Source: Planctomycetota bacterium (GTDB taxonomy: Bacteria > Planctomycetota > UBA1135 > UBA2386). Taken from it: 64,000 nt of DNA. The DNA is taken from positions 3,552,001 to 3,616,000 of the forward strand of contig OZ245838.1 in assembly GCA_965228735.1 (NCBI GenBank), written 5' to 3'. The position numbers were made by a program, and so were the translations under genes. The notes under the pieces are model-generated. The model was not told the DNA's origin and searched no databases. It saw only the letters and a list, made by a program, of their open reading frames with translations. Shown piece after piece: positions 10,620-20,913 of the stretch (within the stretch, counting starts at the first letter, position 1; each line of letters opens with the position of its first letter).

Positions 10620-11942
10620 ATGGTCGTCCTCCACGTCATCGTCTCCCGCCCCGACGGGCAGGCCCGAAAGCGCGAACTCGTCTTCGAGCTCGCCCCCGGT
10701 CAGGAGCTGCGCTTCGGCCGGCACCCGGAGAACGACATCGCGATCGAGGACGCGGAGAAGAAGGTGTCGAGCCGGCACGGCGTCATCCGCTGTACGAGCA
10801 ACGACGCGCTGCAGATCAGCGACATCGGCAGCCTCAACGGCACGAGCCTCAACGGCACGCCGCTGGCCCAGGGCGCCGCCGCCATGCTGTCGCACGGCGA
10901 TGTCGCGACGCTCGGCGACTTCGAACTCCGGGTCCAGCTGCCGACGAGCACCCCGTCGGGCGGTGGGTTGCAGCCCGGAGCGGACCGCCTGACGCGCGCT
11001 CCCGAAGGTCCGGAGGGCGCGGCAGCAGCCGGCGCCGCGGCCGGCGGCAGCGGGGCGGTCTCCGAGCTCGATCGTCGCGCCGCGCAGGCCGCGGCTTCGC
11101 TCGAGCAGATCTACGAGCGGCAACTCGACGCGCCCGGGGCCGCGCGGGCCGAACTCCTGCAGAACGCGATCCGGTCCGCGACGGCCGACCTGCCCGCAAC
11201 GGAAGCGGTCACGCTCCTGCGGCAGCTGGCCAACCACTACGCCGATCTGCCCGCCGATGCGATCCCGGCAGCTCCCGCGGCGCCTGCTCGACCCGCGCGA
11301 GCGCAATCGGCGGGCGGCGCCAACGCGACGCTCGGCGCCCTGCAGGAGTTCGCCAGCAAGTACGTGCCCGACCGACCGCTCGCGACCGGCAACGACGTCG
11401 AACGGTTTCTCGAGCTGTTGAGTGGGCTCAGCGAGTCGCTGCTGCGCTGGCTGGCGCGCGGGATCCAGAGCCGGGCGGTGTTCGCCGATGAGTTCGGCGC
11501 CGAGGTCACGCTGATGTTCCAGCGCAGCAACAACCCGCTGAAGGCGATGTCCGAGCCGGAGCTGTGCAAGTACCTGCTCGACTGGGGCGCGCAGACGAGC
11601 GTGGACGAACGCAAACACTACCTCGACGCCGTGCTGAAGGACCTCGCCGAACACCAGCTCGGCGTGCTCGCCGGCGTGCGCGAGACGGTCATGCACGTGC
11701 TGGGCCGCGTGTCGCCCGAACGCGTGATGTCGCTCGCCGAGCAGGACGGCGGCTGGTCGCTCGGCAGCAAGCAGGCCAAGGCCTGGACCAAGTTCGAACA
11801 GCTCTATCAGGAGCTCGTCGAGGAGCGCGACAAGCTCTTCGACGAGGTGATCTCGCCCGCGATCCAGCAGGGCTATCTGCAGCAACACGGAGTCGACCGC
11901 CCCGCGGACGGCAAGTCTCCGAACCCGGACGAATCGAGATGA
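10620..11942 (+). CDS. tagH: T6SS FHA domain protein (Fha/TagH-like)
   Basis: FHA motifs FGR..END, VSSRH, D.GSLNGT; C-terminal NNPLK and HQLGVLAG typical of T6SS Fha. Confidence 0.85.
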   Translation: MVVLHVIVSRPDGQARKRELVFELAPGQELRFGRHPENDIAIEDAEKKVSSRHGVIRCTSNDALQISDIGSLNGTSLNGTPLAQGAAAMLSHGDVATLGDFELRVQLPTSTPSGGGLQPGADRLTRAPEGPEGAAAAGAAAGGSGAVSELDRRAAQAAASLEQIYERQLDAPGAARAELLQNAIRSATADLPATEAVTLLRQLANHYADLPADAIPAAPAAPARPARAQSAGGANATLGALQEFASKYVPDRPLATGNDVERFLELLSGLSESLLRWLARGIQSRAVFADEFGAEVTLMFQRSNNPLKAMSEPELCKYLLDWGAQTSVDERKHYLDAVLKDLAEHQLGVLAGVRETVMHVLGRVSPERVMSLAEQDGGWSLGSKQAKAWTKFEQLYQELVEERDKLFDEVISPAIQQGYLQQHGVDRPADGKSPNPDESR

Positions 11943-12415
11943 TCAGACCCCACATCCGACTCTTGCCCGCGCTCGCCGGGCTGCTCGCCGGCCTGCTGAG
12001 CACCGCGTGCGCCAGCGGGCCGTACACGGCCAGGCTCTTGACCCAGGGCGGCCCGCGCCTCAACCCGACGTTCGACGACGAGCCGAGCGCCGTGAACATC
12101 CGCGTGCTGCCGCTCATCGACCGCGAGGCGTTCGACAACGCCGAGAACGACGAGCTCGAGGCGGAAGAACCGAAGCTGCCGGCCAACGCGTGGGAGCCGC
12201 CGCACAAGGAAGCGGTCGTCTACGTCGGCAAGCAGGCGATGGTCGAGGTGACGGTCAAACCCAAGGTCAAGTTCCTCGGCATCTACGGTATCTTCAACGA
12301 GGCGACGGGTGAGAACCGGCTCGTCGTGAGCGTCGACGACATCGCCGACAAGAAGCTCGTGTTCGACAACTTCGCGATCCAGCTGCAGGACCGCCAAGAG
12401 GGGGACGTCGAGTAG
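11939..12415 (+). CDS. tssJ: T6SS outer-membrane lipoprotein TssJ
   Basis: Lipobox LSTAC; LNP....PSAVNIRV..L motif; sits between fha and tssK. Confidence 0.8.
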   Translation: MIRPHIRLLPALAGLLAGLLSTACASGPYTARLLTQGGPRLNPTFDDEPSAVNIRVLPLIDREAFDNAENDELEAEEPKLPANAWEPPHKEAVVYVGKQAMVEVTVKPKVKFLGIYGIFNEATGENRLVVSVDDIADKKLVFDNFAIQLQDRQEGDVE

Positions 12416-13737
12416 TGACGGAGGACCGCAGAGTCGTCTGGGACGAGGGCATGATGCTCTCGCCGCAGCACTTCCAGCAGCTCGAACGCTGGGTCCACGC
12501 CGAGGTGCGCGGTCACACCGGCGCCGCGACTTCGTTCGGCTACGGCTTCACGGCGCTCGAATTCGACCAGGGCGCGCTCGCCGGCGGCCAGATCGCGGTG
12601 ACGCACTGCGCCGGGATCCTGCAGGACGGGACGGCCTTCGACTGCCCGGGGCGCGATCCGTTGCCCGCCGCGCGCGACGCGGTCACGGCGATCGGCGAGC
12701 GCCAGGCGCTGACGGTGTTCCTCGCGCTGCCCGAGGTCACGCCGGGCGCGTCCGCGTTCACGGACGGCGACGGACTCGCGCCGTTCACGACGCGCCGCGA
12801 ACGGCTCACCGATCTCAACCGGCCCGAATCGGCGCGCGAGATCGGCACCGCGAGCCTGCGCCTCGAGCTGCGCTTCGAGGGCGAATCGATGGCCGGCTAC
12901 CGCACGATCCCGATCGCGCGGCTCACGGCCGGTGCCGGCGGCGGGGTTTCGCCGAGTTCGGACTTCATGCCGCCCGCCGTGCGCGTCGCGGCGGCGCCGA
13001 TCGTCACGTCGGTGCTGCGTCAGGTCCTCGGCATGGTGTCGCAGAAGTGGAACGAGCTCGCGGGCAAGCGGCGCGGCGGCGGTGGCGGCATGGCCGAGTC
13101 GGCCGGCATCCTGTTGCTGCACACGGTCGGCGAGAACCTGCCGCTCCTGCGCCACTGCCTCGATCACGGCGCGACCCCGCCCGTCACGGCGCACCTCTGC
13201 CTCGGGCGACTCATGGCGCAGCTCTGCACGTTCCACGGCAGCAAGAGCCCGATGGACGTGCCCGGCTACGTGCACGACAACGCCGGGCCGGGGTTCGCGC
13301 AGCTCGCCGAGGGTCTGCAGGAGCTGCTCGGCGACGCCGCGCCGAGCCGCTGCGCCGAGCTGCCGATCGAACGCGAGGGCGAGACGATGTTCGCCGCGAA
13401 GATCCCGTCGCCCGACATGCTGACGAGCAACCGGCTGTTCCTCGCGGTGCGCGCCGACGCGCCCGAGGAGGAGGTGCAGACGCGCTTCCCGACGCTGGTG
13501 AAGATCTCGTCGAAGGACCGGATCCAGGAGCTCCTGATCCGCGCCGTCCCCGGTCTGCCCGTGCGCGTCGTGCCGCAGCCGCCGCCCGCCATCCCGGTGC
13601 AGTCCGGCCGCAGCTACTTCGCGCTCGAACCCACGGGCGAGCACTGGGAGGCGATCACGGCCTCGCTCACGCTCGCGATCCACGCCTCGCCGGGTCTCGC
13701 CCAGCTGCACATCGAACTCCTCGCCGTCAAGGAATGA
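12415..13737 (+). CDS. tssK: T6SS baseplate subunit TssK
   Basis: VVWDEGMMLSPQHFQQ, GILQDGT, AVPGLP, PPPAIP, YFAL. Confidence 0.95.
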   Translation: MTEDRRVVWDEGMMLSPQHFQQLERWVHAEVRGHTGAATSFGYGFTALEFDQGALAGGQIAVTHCAGILQDGTAFDCPGRDPLPAARDAVTAIGERQALTVFLALPEVTPGASAFTDGDGLAPFTTRRERLTDLNRPESAREIGTASLRLELRFEGESMAGYRTIPIARLTAGAGGGVSPSSDFMPPAVRVAAAPIVTSVLRQVLGMVSQKWNELAGKRRGGGGGMAESAGILLLHTVGENLPLLRHCLDHGATPPVTAHLCLGRLMAQLCTFHGSKSPMDVPGYVHDNAGPGFAQLAEGLQELLGDAAPSRCAELPIEREGETMFAAKIPSPDMLTSNRLFLAVRADAPEEEVQTRFPTLVKISSKDRIQELLIRAVPGLPVRVVPQPPPAIPVQSGRSYFALEPTGEHWEAITASLTLAIHASPGLAQLHIELLAVKE

Positions 13738-14426
13738 GCTCACCCGCATCCACGAGCCCGGGCTCCGGGCAGCGTCTCGCCGATCTCGCGGCCGAGGTGT
13801 TCGCGTTCGCGCTCAACCTCAAGGCCGCGAAGGATCCGGGCGACGCCGAGGTCCTGCGGCAGTCGATCGGCGGTCTGTTCGAGAAGTTCGCCGAGCGCGC
13901 GCGCGCGGCCGGGAAGGACTCGACCGAGATCGACCAGGTCCGCTATGCGCTGTGCGCGCTGCTCGACGAGATCGTCTTCAGCTCCAAGTGGGAGCTCAAG
14001 ACGGCGTGGATGTCGCAGCCGCTGCAGATGATCTACTTCAACGACTTCACGGCCGGGGAGCAGTTCTACACGCGGCTCGAGGAGCTGCGCGGCAAGCCCG
14101 GGCAGATCGACATCGTCGAGGTCTACGCGCAGTGCCTCGCCGTCGGCTTCCGCGGCAAGTTCGGCGACCTCGCCGGCATGCAGAAGATCGCGGACCTGCT
14201 CGACCAGCTCAACCGCGAGATCCGCGAGGCCCGGGGGCGCACGGACGGCAAGCTGTCGAAGTCGTTCCAGCGCGAGGCCGCGTTGCCGCAGGCGGTGAAG
14301 CGCGTGCCCGTGTGGATCGTCGCTGCGGGTGGTGCTGCGCTGCTGCTCGTCCTGCTGTTCGTCCTCGACGCGATCCTCGCGTCGCAGGCCGCGACGTTCC
14401 TCGCTACCGGCAAGGGAGGCCAGTGA
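13734..14426 (+). CDS. tssL: T6SS DotU/TssL inner-membrane protein (no OmpA domain)
   Basis: RYALCALLDE, W..QPLQ, AGEQFYTRL, VEVY..CL..GFRGK; one C-terminal TM helix. Confidence 0.93.
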   Translation: MSSPASTSPGSGQRLADLAAEVFAFALNLKAAKDPGDAEVLRQSIGGLFEKFAERARAAGKDSTEIDQVRYALCALLDEIVFSSKWELKTAWMSQPLQMIYFNDFTAGEQFYTRLEELRGKPGQIDIVEVYAQCLAVGFRGKFGDLAGMQKIADLLDQLNREIREARGRTDGKLSKSFQREAALPQAVKRVPVWIVAAGGAALLLVLLFVLDAILASQAATFLATGKGGQ

Positions 14427-17400
14427 TGCAGAAGATCCTCGGCTACCTGCTGACGCCGCCCGTGCCGCACATCCTCGGGCTCGTGCTGCTGTCGGTCGTG
14501 ATCTGGTTCGGTGGCCGCGCGCTCGAGAGCTGGCTCGGGCTCTCCGACTCGGCGCTGCTGCTGATCATCGGCGGCGTGTGGCTGCTCGCCGGCCTCGTGT
14601 GGGTCTGGCGCCGCTACCAGGCGAGCAAGCGCGCGCGGCTCATCGAGGACCGGCTCCGCGGCCAGGCTCGCGAGCACAAGGAGGCCGCGCGGCCGGACCG
14701 TCGCAAGGACATCGAGGCGCTCGAGCAACAGCTCAGCGGTGCGCTCGACGCGCTCAAGACGTCCAAGATGGGCAAGAGCGCGCTGTACTCGCTGCCGTGG
14801 TACGTGATCATCGGGCCGCCCGGCTCGGGCAAGACGACGCTGCTGCGCGAGTCCGGGCTCAACTTCCCGGAGCTGTCACACGGCCGCGGCGTGCGCGGCG
14901 TCGGCGGCACGCGCAATTGCGACTGGTGGTTCACCGACTCGGGCATCCTGCTCGACACCGCGGGCCGCTACACGACCGAGTCAGAGGATCGCGACGAGTG
15001 GCTCGCGTTCCTCGACATGATCAAGAAGGCACGCAGCAAGAAGCCGATCAACGGCGCAGTGATCGCGATCAGCATCGCCGACATCGTGCAGGCGGGCGAC
15101 GAGCAGCTCGCCGACCACTGCCGCAAGATCAAGGAGCGCATCGCCGAGCTCACCGACAAGCTCGAGCTCGTCTTCCCGGTCTACCTGCTGTTCACCAAGT
15201 GTGACCTGCTCGACGGCTTCGTCGAGTTCTTCGGCAGCTACACCAAGCAGGAGCGCTCGCAGGTCTGGGGCTTCACGCTGCCCTACCTCGAGAAGGATCC
15301 GCAGCCGCTCGGCCAACGCTTTCGCACCGAGTTCGACGAGCTGCACACGCGGCTCAGCGCGCAGCGCCTCCAGCACCTCGGCAAGGCCAAGAGCAAGACC
15401 AAGCAGCGCAAGGTGTTCTCCTTCCCGCTGCAGTTCCAGCTCGCGCGCGACAAGGTCGCCGCGTTCGTCGAACAGCTCGTGCAGGACAACCCCTACCACG
15501 AGAGCTCGGACGTCCGCGGGTTCTACTTCACGTCGGGCACGCAGGAAGGGCAGCCCCTCGATCAGATCCTGGCGAGCATGCGGTCGGCATCCGGCCTCGA
15601 AGCGGCGGACGAACCCGAGGTGTCGCAGCCCGAGGTATCGCAGCCCGAGGTATCGCAGGTCGAGGTATCGAAGAAGGCCTACTTCATCGACGAGCTGTTC
15701 CAGGACATCGTGTTCCCGGACCACGACCTCGCGCGTTCGTCGGCCAAGGCGGAGAAGCGCCGGGAGCTGATCCGGAAGGTCTCCATGATCGGCTCGGTCG
15801 CCGCGACGTTCATCGTCATGGTGCTGCTGTTCGTCGCCTACGCCGGCCACAGCAGCCTCATCGACCGCAGCATGCGCGTCTACACCGAGGCGAGCGCGTT
15901 CGACCCGAAGGACCCCGAGCACCTGCGCCGCGAGGAACAGCGCGCCGGCGACGGCGGCGGTCCGTTCGAGCAGCTGCGGGTCCTGTTCGAAGAGCTCCGC
16001 GCCGACTTCAACACGATCGACAGCTACCTCCTCGGCCAGACCAACAACCTCTACACCAAGCGCATCCGTCCGCTCTACGTCGAGAAGGTCATCACGACGT
16101 TCGTCGAGCCGATCCAGAACAAGCTCGAGACGCAGCTCAAGCAGGCGATCGAACTCGGTAAGCGGGGCGAGTTCACGCGCGCGATGGCCAAGGAGACGGA
16201 CCATCGTCTCACCGGCTACAAGATGCTCGGCGGACTGCAGCGTTTCGACCGCGAGTTCCTCGGCGAGGACTTCCTCGTGCGCGACCGGCGCTGGACCTGG
16301 CGACCCGGCGAGGAGGTCCCGGCGTGCTTCGAGCACCTCACCACCTACGTCCAGTTCGTCATCGGCACGACCTTCAAGGACTGGGCCTACATCAACGACC
16401 GCAGCCTCATCCCCGAGGCCGCCGAGCTCGTGAACGCGGAGGACATCCTCGGCCAGCGCCTGAAGGAGGTCGTGCTCGAACAGGGCCAGGGCGAACAGGT
16501 CCCGCTCACGGAGCTGATCGGCCCGACGCCGGCCGCGAGCCTGCTCGCGCCGACCGGCGTGCAGCGCGCGTGGGTCGACGGCGGCCCGAGCGAAGAAGCC
16601 CTCGAGAAGAAGGGCGAGCTCATCGGCGGCGACGAAGGCGCCGAGGCGATGAAGACGCGCGCGCGGCAGGAGGCGATCAACACCTGGAAGGGCGTTCTCG
16701 CGACGATGAAGCCCGACCCGAAGCCGAACGTGCGCGACGCGATGCGCGACCTCATCGAGCTCACGGGCGAGAACAACCCGTACATCGGCACCTACACGCT
16801 CGCGTGCTCCAAGCTGCGCGCCCTCAAGCTCGAGTGCGAGCCGGGCGACCTGACGTGGTTCGAGAACACGCTCGCCGAGATCGCCAAACTCGAAGAGGTC
16901 ACGAAGACGCTCTACGAGTCCGGCCCCCACCTCCGACGCATCGTGCCCGCGGCCCAGAAGGGTGCGGCGGGACCGATCGAGCAGATCCGCGTCGAGTACT
17001 TCCGCGTGCGCAGCAACATCGAGGAGAACGTGCGGGCCTACGCCGCCGAACCGCTCCGCGACTCGACGCAGATCGCGCTCACGCACCTCGTGGATTCGCT
17101 GCAGTACGCGATCGCGCGCGAGATCGAGCAGGAGGTCAACCAGGTCTGGGACGGCGGCATCGGCAAGGACCTGCGCGAGTTCTCGCAGCAGTTCCCGTTC
17201 AAGAGCGACACTGATGCCAACGCGAGCACGGCGGACTTCAACGCGATCTTCAGCAAGGGCGGCCGCTTCGACGAGGCGTGGATCTGGATCGATTACCTCG
17301 CGACCACCGCGCGCGATTTCGGCTACGCGCGCCTGGCCGACGAGTTCCAGGCCGACCGCGAGTTCGTCGCACGGATCCAGGAGGCGCTCTTCACGACCGG

Positions 17401-17863
17401 CGACGTCGCCGAGCGCGACATCGAGTTCCTCGCGCAGAAGCGCGGCAACATGAGCGCCGTGCGCTTCGCGATCGGCACCGGCAACAGCAAGCAGGAGATC
17501 ATCGCGAAGGGCACGGAGAACCCGACCTGGACGTGGACGCCCGCGATGGGCGCCGTGGTCGAGGTGCAGGGCGTGCCGGCCTTCGGCAAGCGGCCGTCGA
17601 GCCTCGAAGAGCGCAGCAGCTGGGGCCTCGTGCGCCTGCTCACGAAGGCCGAGGCGACGACGCGCACCGCGCGGCAGAACGAGTACCACATGTTCCGCTG
17701 GACGACGTTCCGGCATCCCGAGTCCGGCCAGGTGATCAGCGTCGACGGCAAACCCGTCGAAGCTGCGGTCCTGCTGCGCACCGAGAGCGAGCCGAACCCG
17801 CTCACGCCGGGCTTCTTCCACCACGAGTTCTCCCGCGAGGTGTTCGTTGCCACCGAGAACTGA
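14426..17863 (+). CDS. tssM: T6SS membrane subunit TssM (IcmF)
   Basis: Two N-terminal TMs, LPWYVIIGPPGSGKTT, GTRNCDWWF, LLDTAGRY, PINGA, FPVYLLFTKCDLLDGF, RGFYFTSGTQEG, third TM, C-terminal WGLVRL. Confidence 0.95.
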   Translation: MQKILGYLLTPPVPHILGLVLLSVVIWFGGRALESWLGLSDSALLLIIGGVWLLAGLVWVWRRYQASKRARLIEDRLRGQAREHKEAARPDRRKDIEALEQQLSGALDALKTSKMGKSALYSLPWYVIIGPPGSGKTTLLRESGLNFPELSHGRGVRGVGGTRNCDWWFTDSGILLDTAGRYTTESEDRDEWLAFLDMIKKARSKKPINGAVIAISIADIVQAGDEQLADHCRKIKERIAELTDKLELVFPVYLLFTKCDLLDGFVEFFGSYTKQERSQVWGFTLPYLEKDPQPLGQRFRTEFDELHTRLSAQRLQHLGKAKSKTKQRKVFSFPLQFQLARDKVAAFVEQLVQDNPYHESSDVRGFYFTSGTQEGQPLDQILASMRSASGLEAADEPEVSQPEVSQPEVSQVEVSKKAYFIDELFQDIVFPDHDLARSSAKAEKRRELIRKVSMIGSVAATFIVMVLLFVAYAGHSSLIDRSMRVYTEASAFDPKDPEHLRREEQRAGDGGGPFEQLRVLFEELRADFNTIDSYLLGQTNNLYTKRIRPLYVEKVITTFVEPIQNKLETQLKQAIELGKRGEFTRAMAKETDHRLTGYKMLGGLQRFDREFLGEDFLVRDRRWTWRPGEEVPACFEHLTTYVQFVIGTTFKDWAYINDRSLIPEAAELVNAEDILGQRLKEVVLEQGQGEQVPLTELIGPTPAASLLAPTGVQRAWVDGGPSEEALEKKGELIGGDEGAEAMKTRARQEAINTWKGVLATMKPDPKPNVRDAMRDLIELTGENNPYIGTYTLACSKLRALKLECEPGDLTWFENTLAEIAKLEEVTKTLYESGPHLRRIVPAAQKGAAGPIEQIRVEYFRVRSNIEENVRAYAAEPLRDSTQIALTHLVDSLQYAIAREIEQEVNQVWDGGIGKDLREFSQQFPFKSDTDANASTADFNAIFSKGGRFDEAWIWIDYLATTARDFGYARLADEFQADREFVARIQEALFTTGDVAERDIEFLAQKRGNMSAVRFAIGTGNSKQEIIAKGTENPTWTWTPAMGAVVEVQGVPAFGKRPSSLEERSSWGLVRLLTKAEATTRTARQNEYHMFRWTTFRHPESGQVISVDGKPVEAAVLLRTESEPNPLTPGFFHHEFSREVFVATEN
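15614..15670 (+). repeat. 15-bp in-frame tandem repeat in tssM (PEVSQ x~4)
   Basis: cccgaggt(g/a)tcgcag repeated, encoding PEVSQPEVSQPEVSQVEVS. Confidence 0.85.
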
Positions 17864-18770
17864 CGAACAACTGGCCTGCTTCGGCAAGCTGCCGATCGCC
17901 GGCGACTTCGTGCGCGGTGATCGCGAGGCGCCCGAGCTCGCGGACCTGGATGCGTGGATCCAGGACGGCATGCATCGCAGTCAGATGCAGCTCGGCAACG
18001 CGTGGCAAGGTCGCTTCGACGCGCTGCCGCCGTCGCGCTTCCTGTGGCAGAGCGCGCCGGGCGGGGCCGTGCTCGCGGGACTCTGGCGTTCGTCGGTCGA
18101 CTCCGCCGGCCGCCGATATCCGTTCCTCGTCGCGCTGCGGGCGAGCGGGCTCGAGCCCGCCGACGTCGCGGCATTGCCGATCGCGGTCGAAGCGATCGCC
18201 ACCGCGACAGCGCCGCTGTTCGAAACCGGGTTCGCCGGCCTCGACGCGGCCGGCGTCGTCCGCGCCATCCGCGAGCTGCCGTGCCACCCCGACCTCGAAG
18301 CCGCGCGCGCGACGCTCACGGAACGGGCGGGCAACACGACGACGGGCAGCGTGTCCGCCGGCGACGACCAGGTCACGGAGCTGCTGCTGCACGACCTCGA
18401 CGACCTCACGAGCGGACCGCCGCCGAAGTACTGCCTGCGCTGGCGCACGGCCGGCAACAGCGTCGACACGGCGTTCTGGCTGCAGGCGCTCGCGCGCGTC
18501 GGCATCGCGCCGCCGCGGCTCATGCTCTGGCACGACACGACCGACACCGAGCTACCGAACGGCTGCGTCCGGACCGCGCTGCACGAAGCCAGCGCGCGGA
18601 TGTTCACCGGACTCGTGTTCTTCGACGCGGACGACGACAACGCCTACGACATCGGGCGCGACTTCGACGGCGGCGAGCGGCTGCAGCAGGCACGCGCCCG
18701 CTACGGCGATGCGGTGTCGCGCAGCAACCAGGCGGACGCGCTCGCAGCTCTCCCCGGAGGAGCTGGCTAG
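17847..18770 (+). CDS. tagF: T6SS-associated protein TagF (DUF2094)
   Basis: FGKLP..GDFVR, LDAW, SVDSAGRRYP; TTG start overlapping tssM. Confidence 0.9.
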   Translation: MPPRTDEQLACFGKLPIAGDFVRGDREAPELADLDAWIQDGMHRSQMQLGNAWQGRFDALPPSRFLWQSAPGGAVLAGLWRSSVDSAGRRYPFLVALRASGLEPADVAALPIAVEAIATATAPLFETGFAGLDAAGVVRAIRELPCHPDLEAARATLTERAGNTTTGSVSAGDDQVTELLLHDLDDLTSGPPPKYCLRWRTAGNSVDTAFWLQALARVGIAPPRLMLWHDTTDTELPNGCVRTALHEASARMFTGLVFFDADDDNAYDIGRDFDGGERLQQARARYGDAVSRSNQADALAALPGGAG

Positions 18771-20327
18771 ATGGACCTCGAAGCGATCAAGAAGCTCGGC
18801 ACGGAGCCGTGCGCGGGCGGCGGCGCGGGCGAGTCCGTGCGCTACGAATCGGAGTTCGAGCAGCTGTCGAACGAGATCGAGAAGCTCACGTCGGTCGAGC
18901 AGACGCCGGTCGACTGGCGGCAGGTCGTGACGCTCGGCGAGACGCTGCTCGGCAAGGGCAAGGATCTCCTCGTCGCGGCCTACATGACGTGCGGCCTGCT
19001 CGAGCGCGGCGGCTACGAGGGCCTCGGCGTCGGCTGTGAGCTCCTCAAGGCGCTGACCGACAACTTCTGGGACGGCCTGTTCCCCGAGGCGCGCCGCATG
19101 CGCGCGCGCATCGCCGCGTTCGAATGGCTCGGCGCGCGGCTCGAGAAGGTGATCGCGACGAAGGGCGAACCCGCGATGAGCGACGGGCCCGGCCTCGAAG
19201 CCGCCGTCGAGGCGTTGCAGTACATCAACCGGAACCCGGACGACAAGTTCGGCCAGGAGGGCCCCAACCTCGGGCCGGCGGTGCGCGCACTGCGCGGCAA
19301 GCTCGACGAGGTGCCGCAGCCCGAACCCGAACCGGAGCCCGAACCCGAACCGGATCCGGCAACAGCACAGGCCGAGGCGGCCCCGCCGCCACCGCCGCCC
19401 GAACCGGAACCCGAGCCCGAGCCCGAACCCGCCGACCCGGAGACCGTCTTCGAGGCCATGCGCGGCATCCGCGAGCAGGAGCGCGAGTACGCGGGCATCC
19501 TGCGCGCGGCCGATCCCGTCGATCCGCGCGGCTGGCTGCTGTCGCGGGAGGCGTGGTGGAACGACGTGGCCGTGCAGCCGGGCGAGCCGCCGCGTGTGGA
19601 TGCGCCGGTCGGCGCCCCCGACGATCTCGCACCGCTCGAAGCCGCGCTCGCGACCGGCGAGTTCCAGCAGGCGCTCGACCAGGGCGAAGAGCTGCTCGAA
19701 CGCTTCCCGGTCTGGCTCGACCTGCAGCTCGTCATCGTGCGGGCGATCGACGGCCTCGGCCTGCGCTACGCGCGCGTGCATCACGCCGTGATCGAGGCCC
19801 TCGGCTTCCTGCTGCGCCGCTGCCCGACGCTCCCCGACGCGCTCGGCAACGACGACAAACCGCTCGCGACCGAGGCGACCCGAGTCTGGCTCAAGAACGA
19901 GGTCATCGGCGCGAGCACCGACGCCACCCCCGATCCCGCCGTGACGACGGGCGCCGAGGCCAGAAAGCTCGTCGCCCGCGGCCAGCTCGGCGAGGCGATG
20001 CGCCTCATGACGGGTCGCATCGACGCGACCGCGAGTCGGCGCGGCCGCTTCGAGCTGCGCCTCGACCTCTCGCGGCTCTGCATCGAAGCGGGTCGCGCGG
20101 AGCTCGCCGCTCCGCAGCTCGAACAACTCGAACAGGAAGTCGCCCACTTCTCCCTCGAGGAATGGGAACCCGAACTCGCCGCCGAGCTGGTGCGCCTGCT
20201 CTGGCAGTGCTGCTCGGGCCCGAAAGCCGTGCCCTCACTCGAGGCTCGGGGACAGGACATCTATGCGCGACTGTGCCGTTTGGACCCGGCCGCCGCGATC
20301 ACAGCGACAGGTCCGCAAGGAGACTGA
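18771..20327 (+). CDS. tssA: T6SS protein TssA (ImpA_N + VasJ-type C-terminus)
   Basis: VRYESEFEQL..EIEKL, DW..V, KDLLVAAY, FWDGLFP; PE-repeat linker; PVWLDLQ, LEEWEP, LCRLDP. Confidence 0.92.
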   Translation: MDLEAIKKLGTEPCAGGGAGESVRYESEFEQLSNEIEKLTSVEQTPVDWRQVVTLGETLLGKGKDLLVAAYMTCGLLERGGYEGLGVGCELLKALTDNFWDGLFPEARRMRARIAAFEWLGARLEKVIATKGEPAMSDGPGLEAAVEALQYINRNPDDKFGQEGPNLGPAVRALRGKLDEVPQPEPEPEPEPEPDPATAQAEAAPPPPPPEPEPEPEPEPADPETVFEAMRGIREQEREYAGILRAADPVDPRGWLLSREAWWNDVAVQPGEPPRVDAPVGAPDDLAPLEAALATGEFQQALDQGEELLERFPVWLDLQLVIVRAIDGLGLRYARVHHAVIEALGFLLRRCPTLPDALGNDDKPLATEATRVWLKNEVIGASTDATPDPAVTTGAEARKLVARGQLGEAMRLMTGRIDATASRRGRFELRLDLSRLCIEAGRAELAAPQLEQLEQEVAHFSLEEWEPELAAELVRLLWQCCSGPKAVPSLEARGQDIYARLCRLDPAAAITATGPQGD

Positions 20328-20329
20328 CA

Positions 20330-20896
20330 ATGGCCAAGGATGGCTCAGTAGCACCACGCGAACGCATCAACATCAAGTATCGCCCGGCCACGGGCGACGC
20401 GACCGAAGAGAAAGAGCTGCCGCTGAAGCTGTTGATGCTCGGCGACTACACGTTGCGCAACGACGAGACGCCGCTCGAAGAGCGCGCGCCGGTCACGGTC
20501 GACAAGGACAACTTCAACGACGTCATGCGAGGCATGAACCTCAAACTCGACGTCAATGTGAAGAACACGCTGTCGGGCAAGGACGACGAGGAGCTCGCCG
20601 CGTCGCTCAAGTTCGAGAACCTGAGTGACTTCGGACCCGAGTCGATCGCGAAGCAGGTGCCGGAGCTGCAGCAGCTGCTCGGCCTGCGGGAGGCGCTCGT
20701 CGCGCTCAAGGGCCCGCTCGGCAACATGCAGGGCTTCCGCAAGAAGATCCAGGAGATCCTCACGGACGAGGAGAGCCGCAACAAGCTGCTGAAGGAACTC
20801 GGTGTCGGCGACGACGGCGCATCCGGTGGCGGCGACGCACCTGCGGACGGCGGCGGCGACAGCGGCAGTGGCGACAGCGGCGGCGACCAGAGCTGA
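20330..20896 (+). CDS. tssB: T6SS sheath small subunit TssB (VipA)
   Basis: SVAPRERINIKY, ELPLKLL, DKDNFNDVM, DF.PE.IA.QVPEL; acidic Gly-rich tail. Confidence 0.96.
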   Translation: MAKDGSVAPRERINIKYRPATGDATEEKELPLKLLMLGDYTLRNDETPLEERAPVTVDKDNFNDVMRGMNLKLDVNVKNTLSGKDDEELAASLKFENLSDFGPESIAKQVPELQQLLGLREALVALKGPLGNMQGFRKKIQEILTDEESRNKLLKELGVGDDGASGGGDAPADGGGDSGSGDSGGDQS

Positions 20897-20913
20897 GGCC
20901 AGGAGGAATCACG

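Noticed and set aside
19317..19432. PE/PP repeats in tssA as a novel element
   Set aside because: Ordinary flexible inter-domain linker of TssA proteins.
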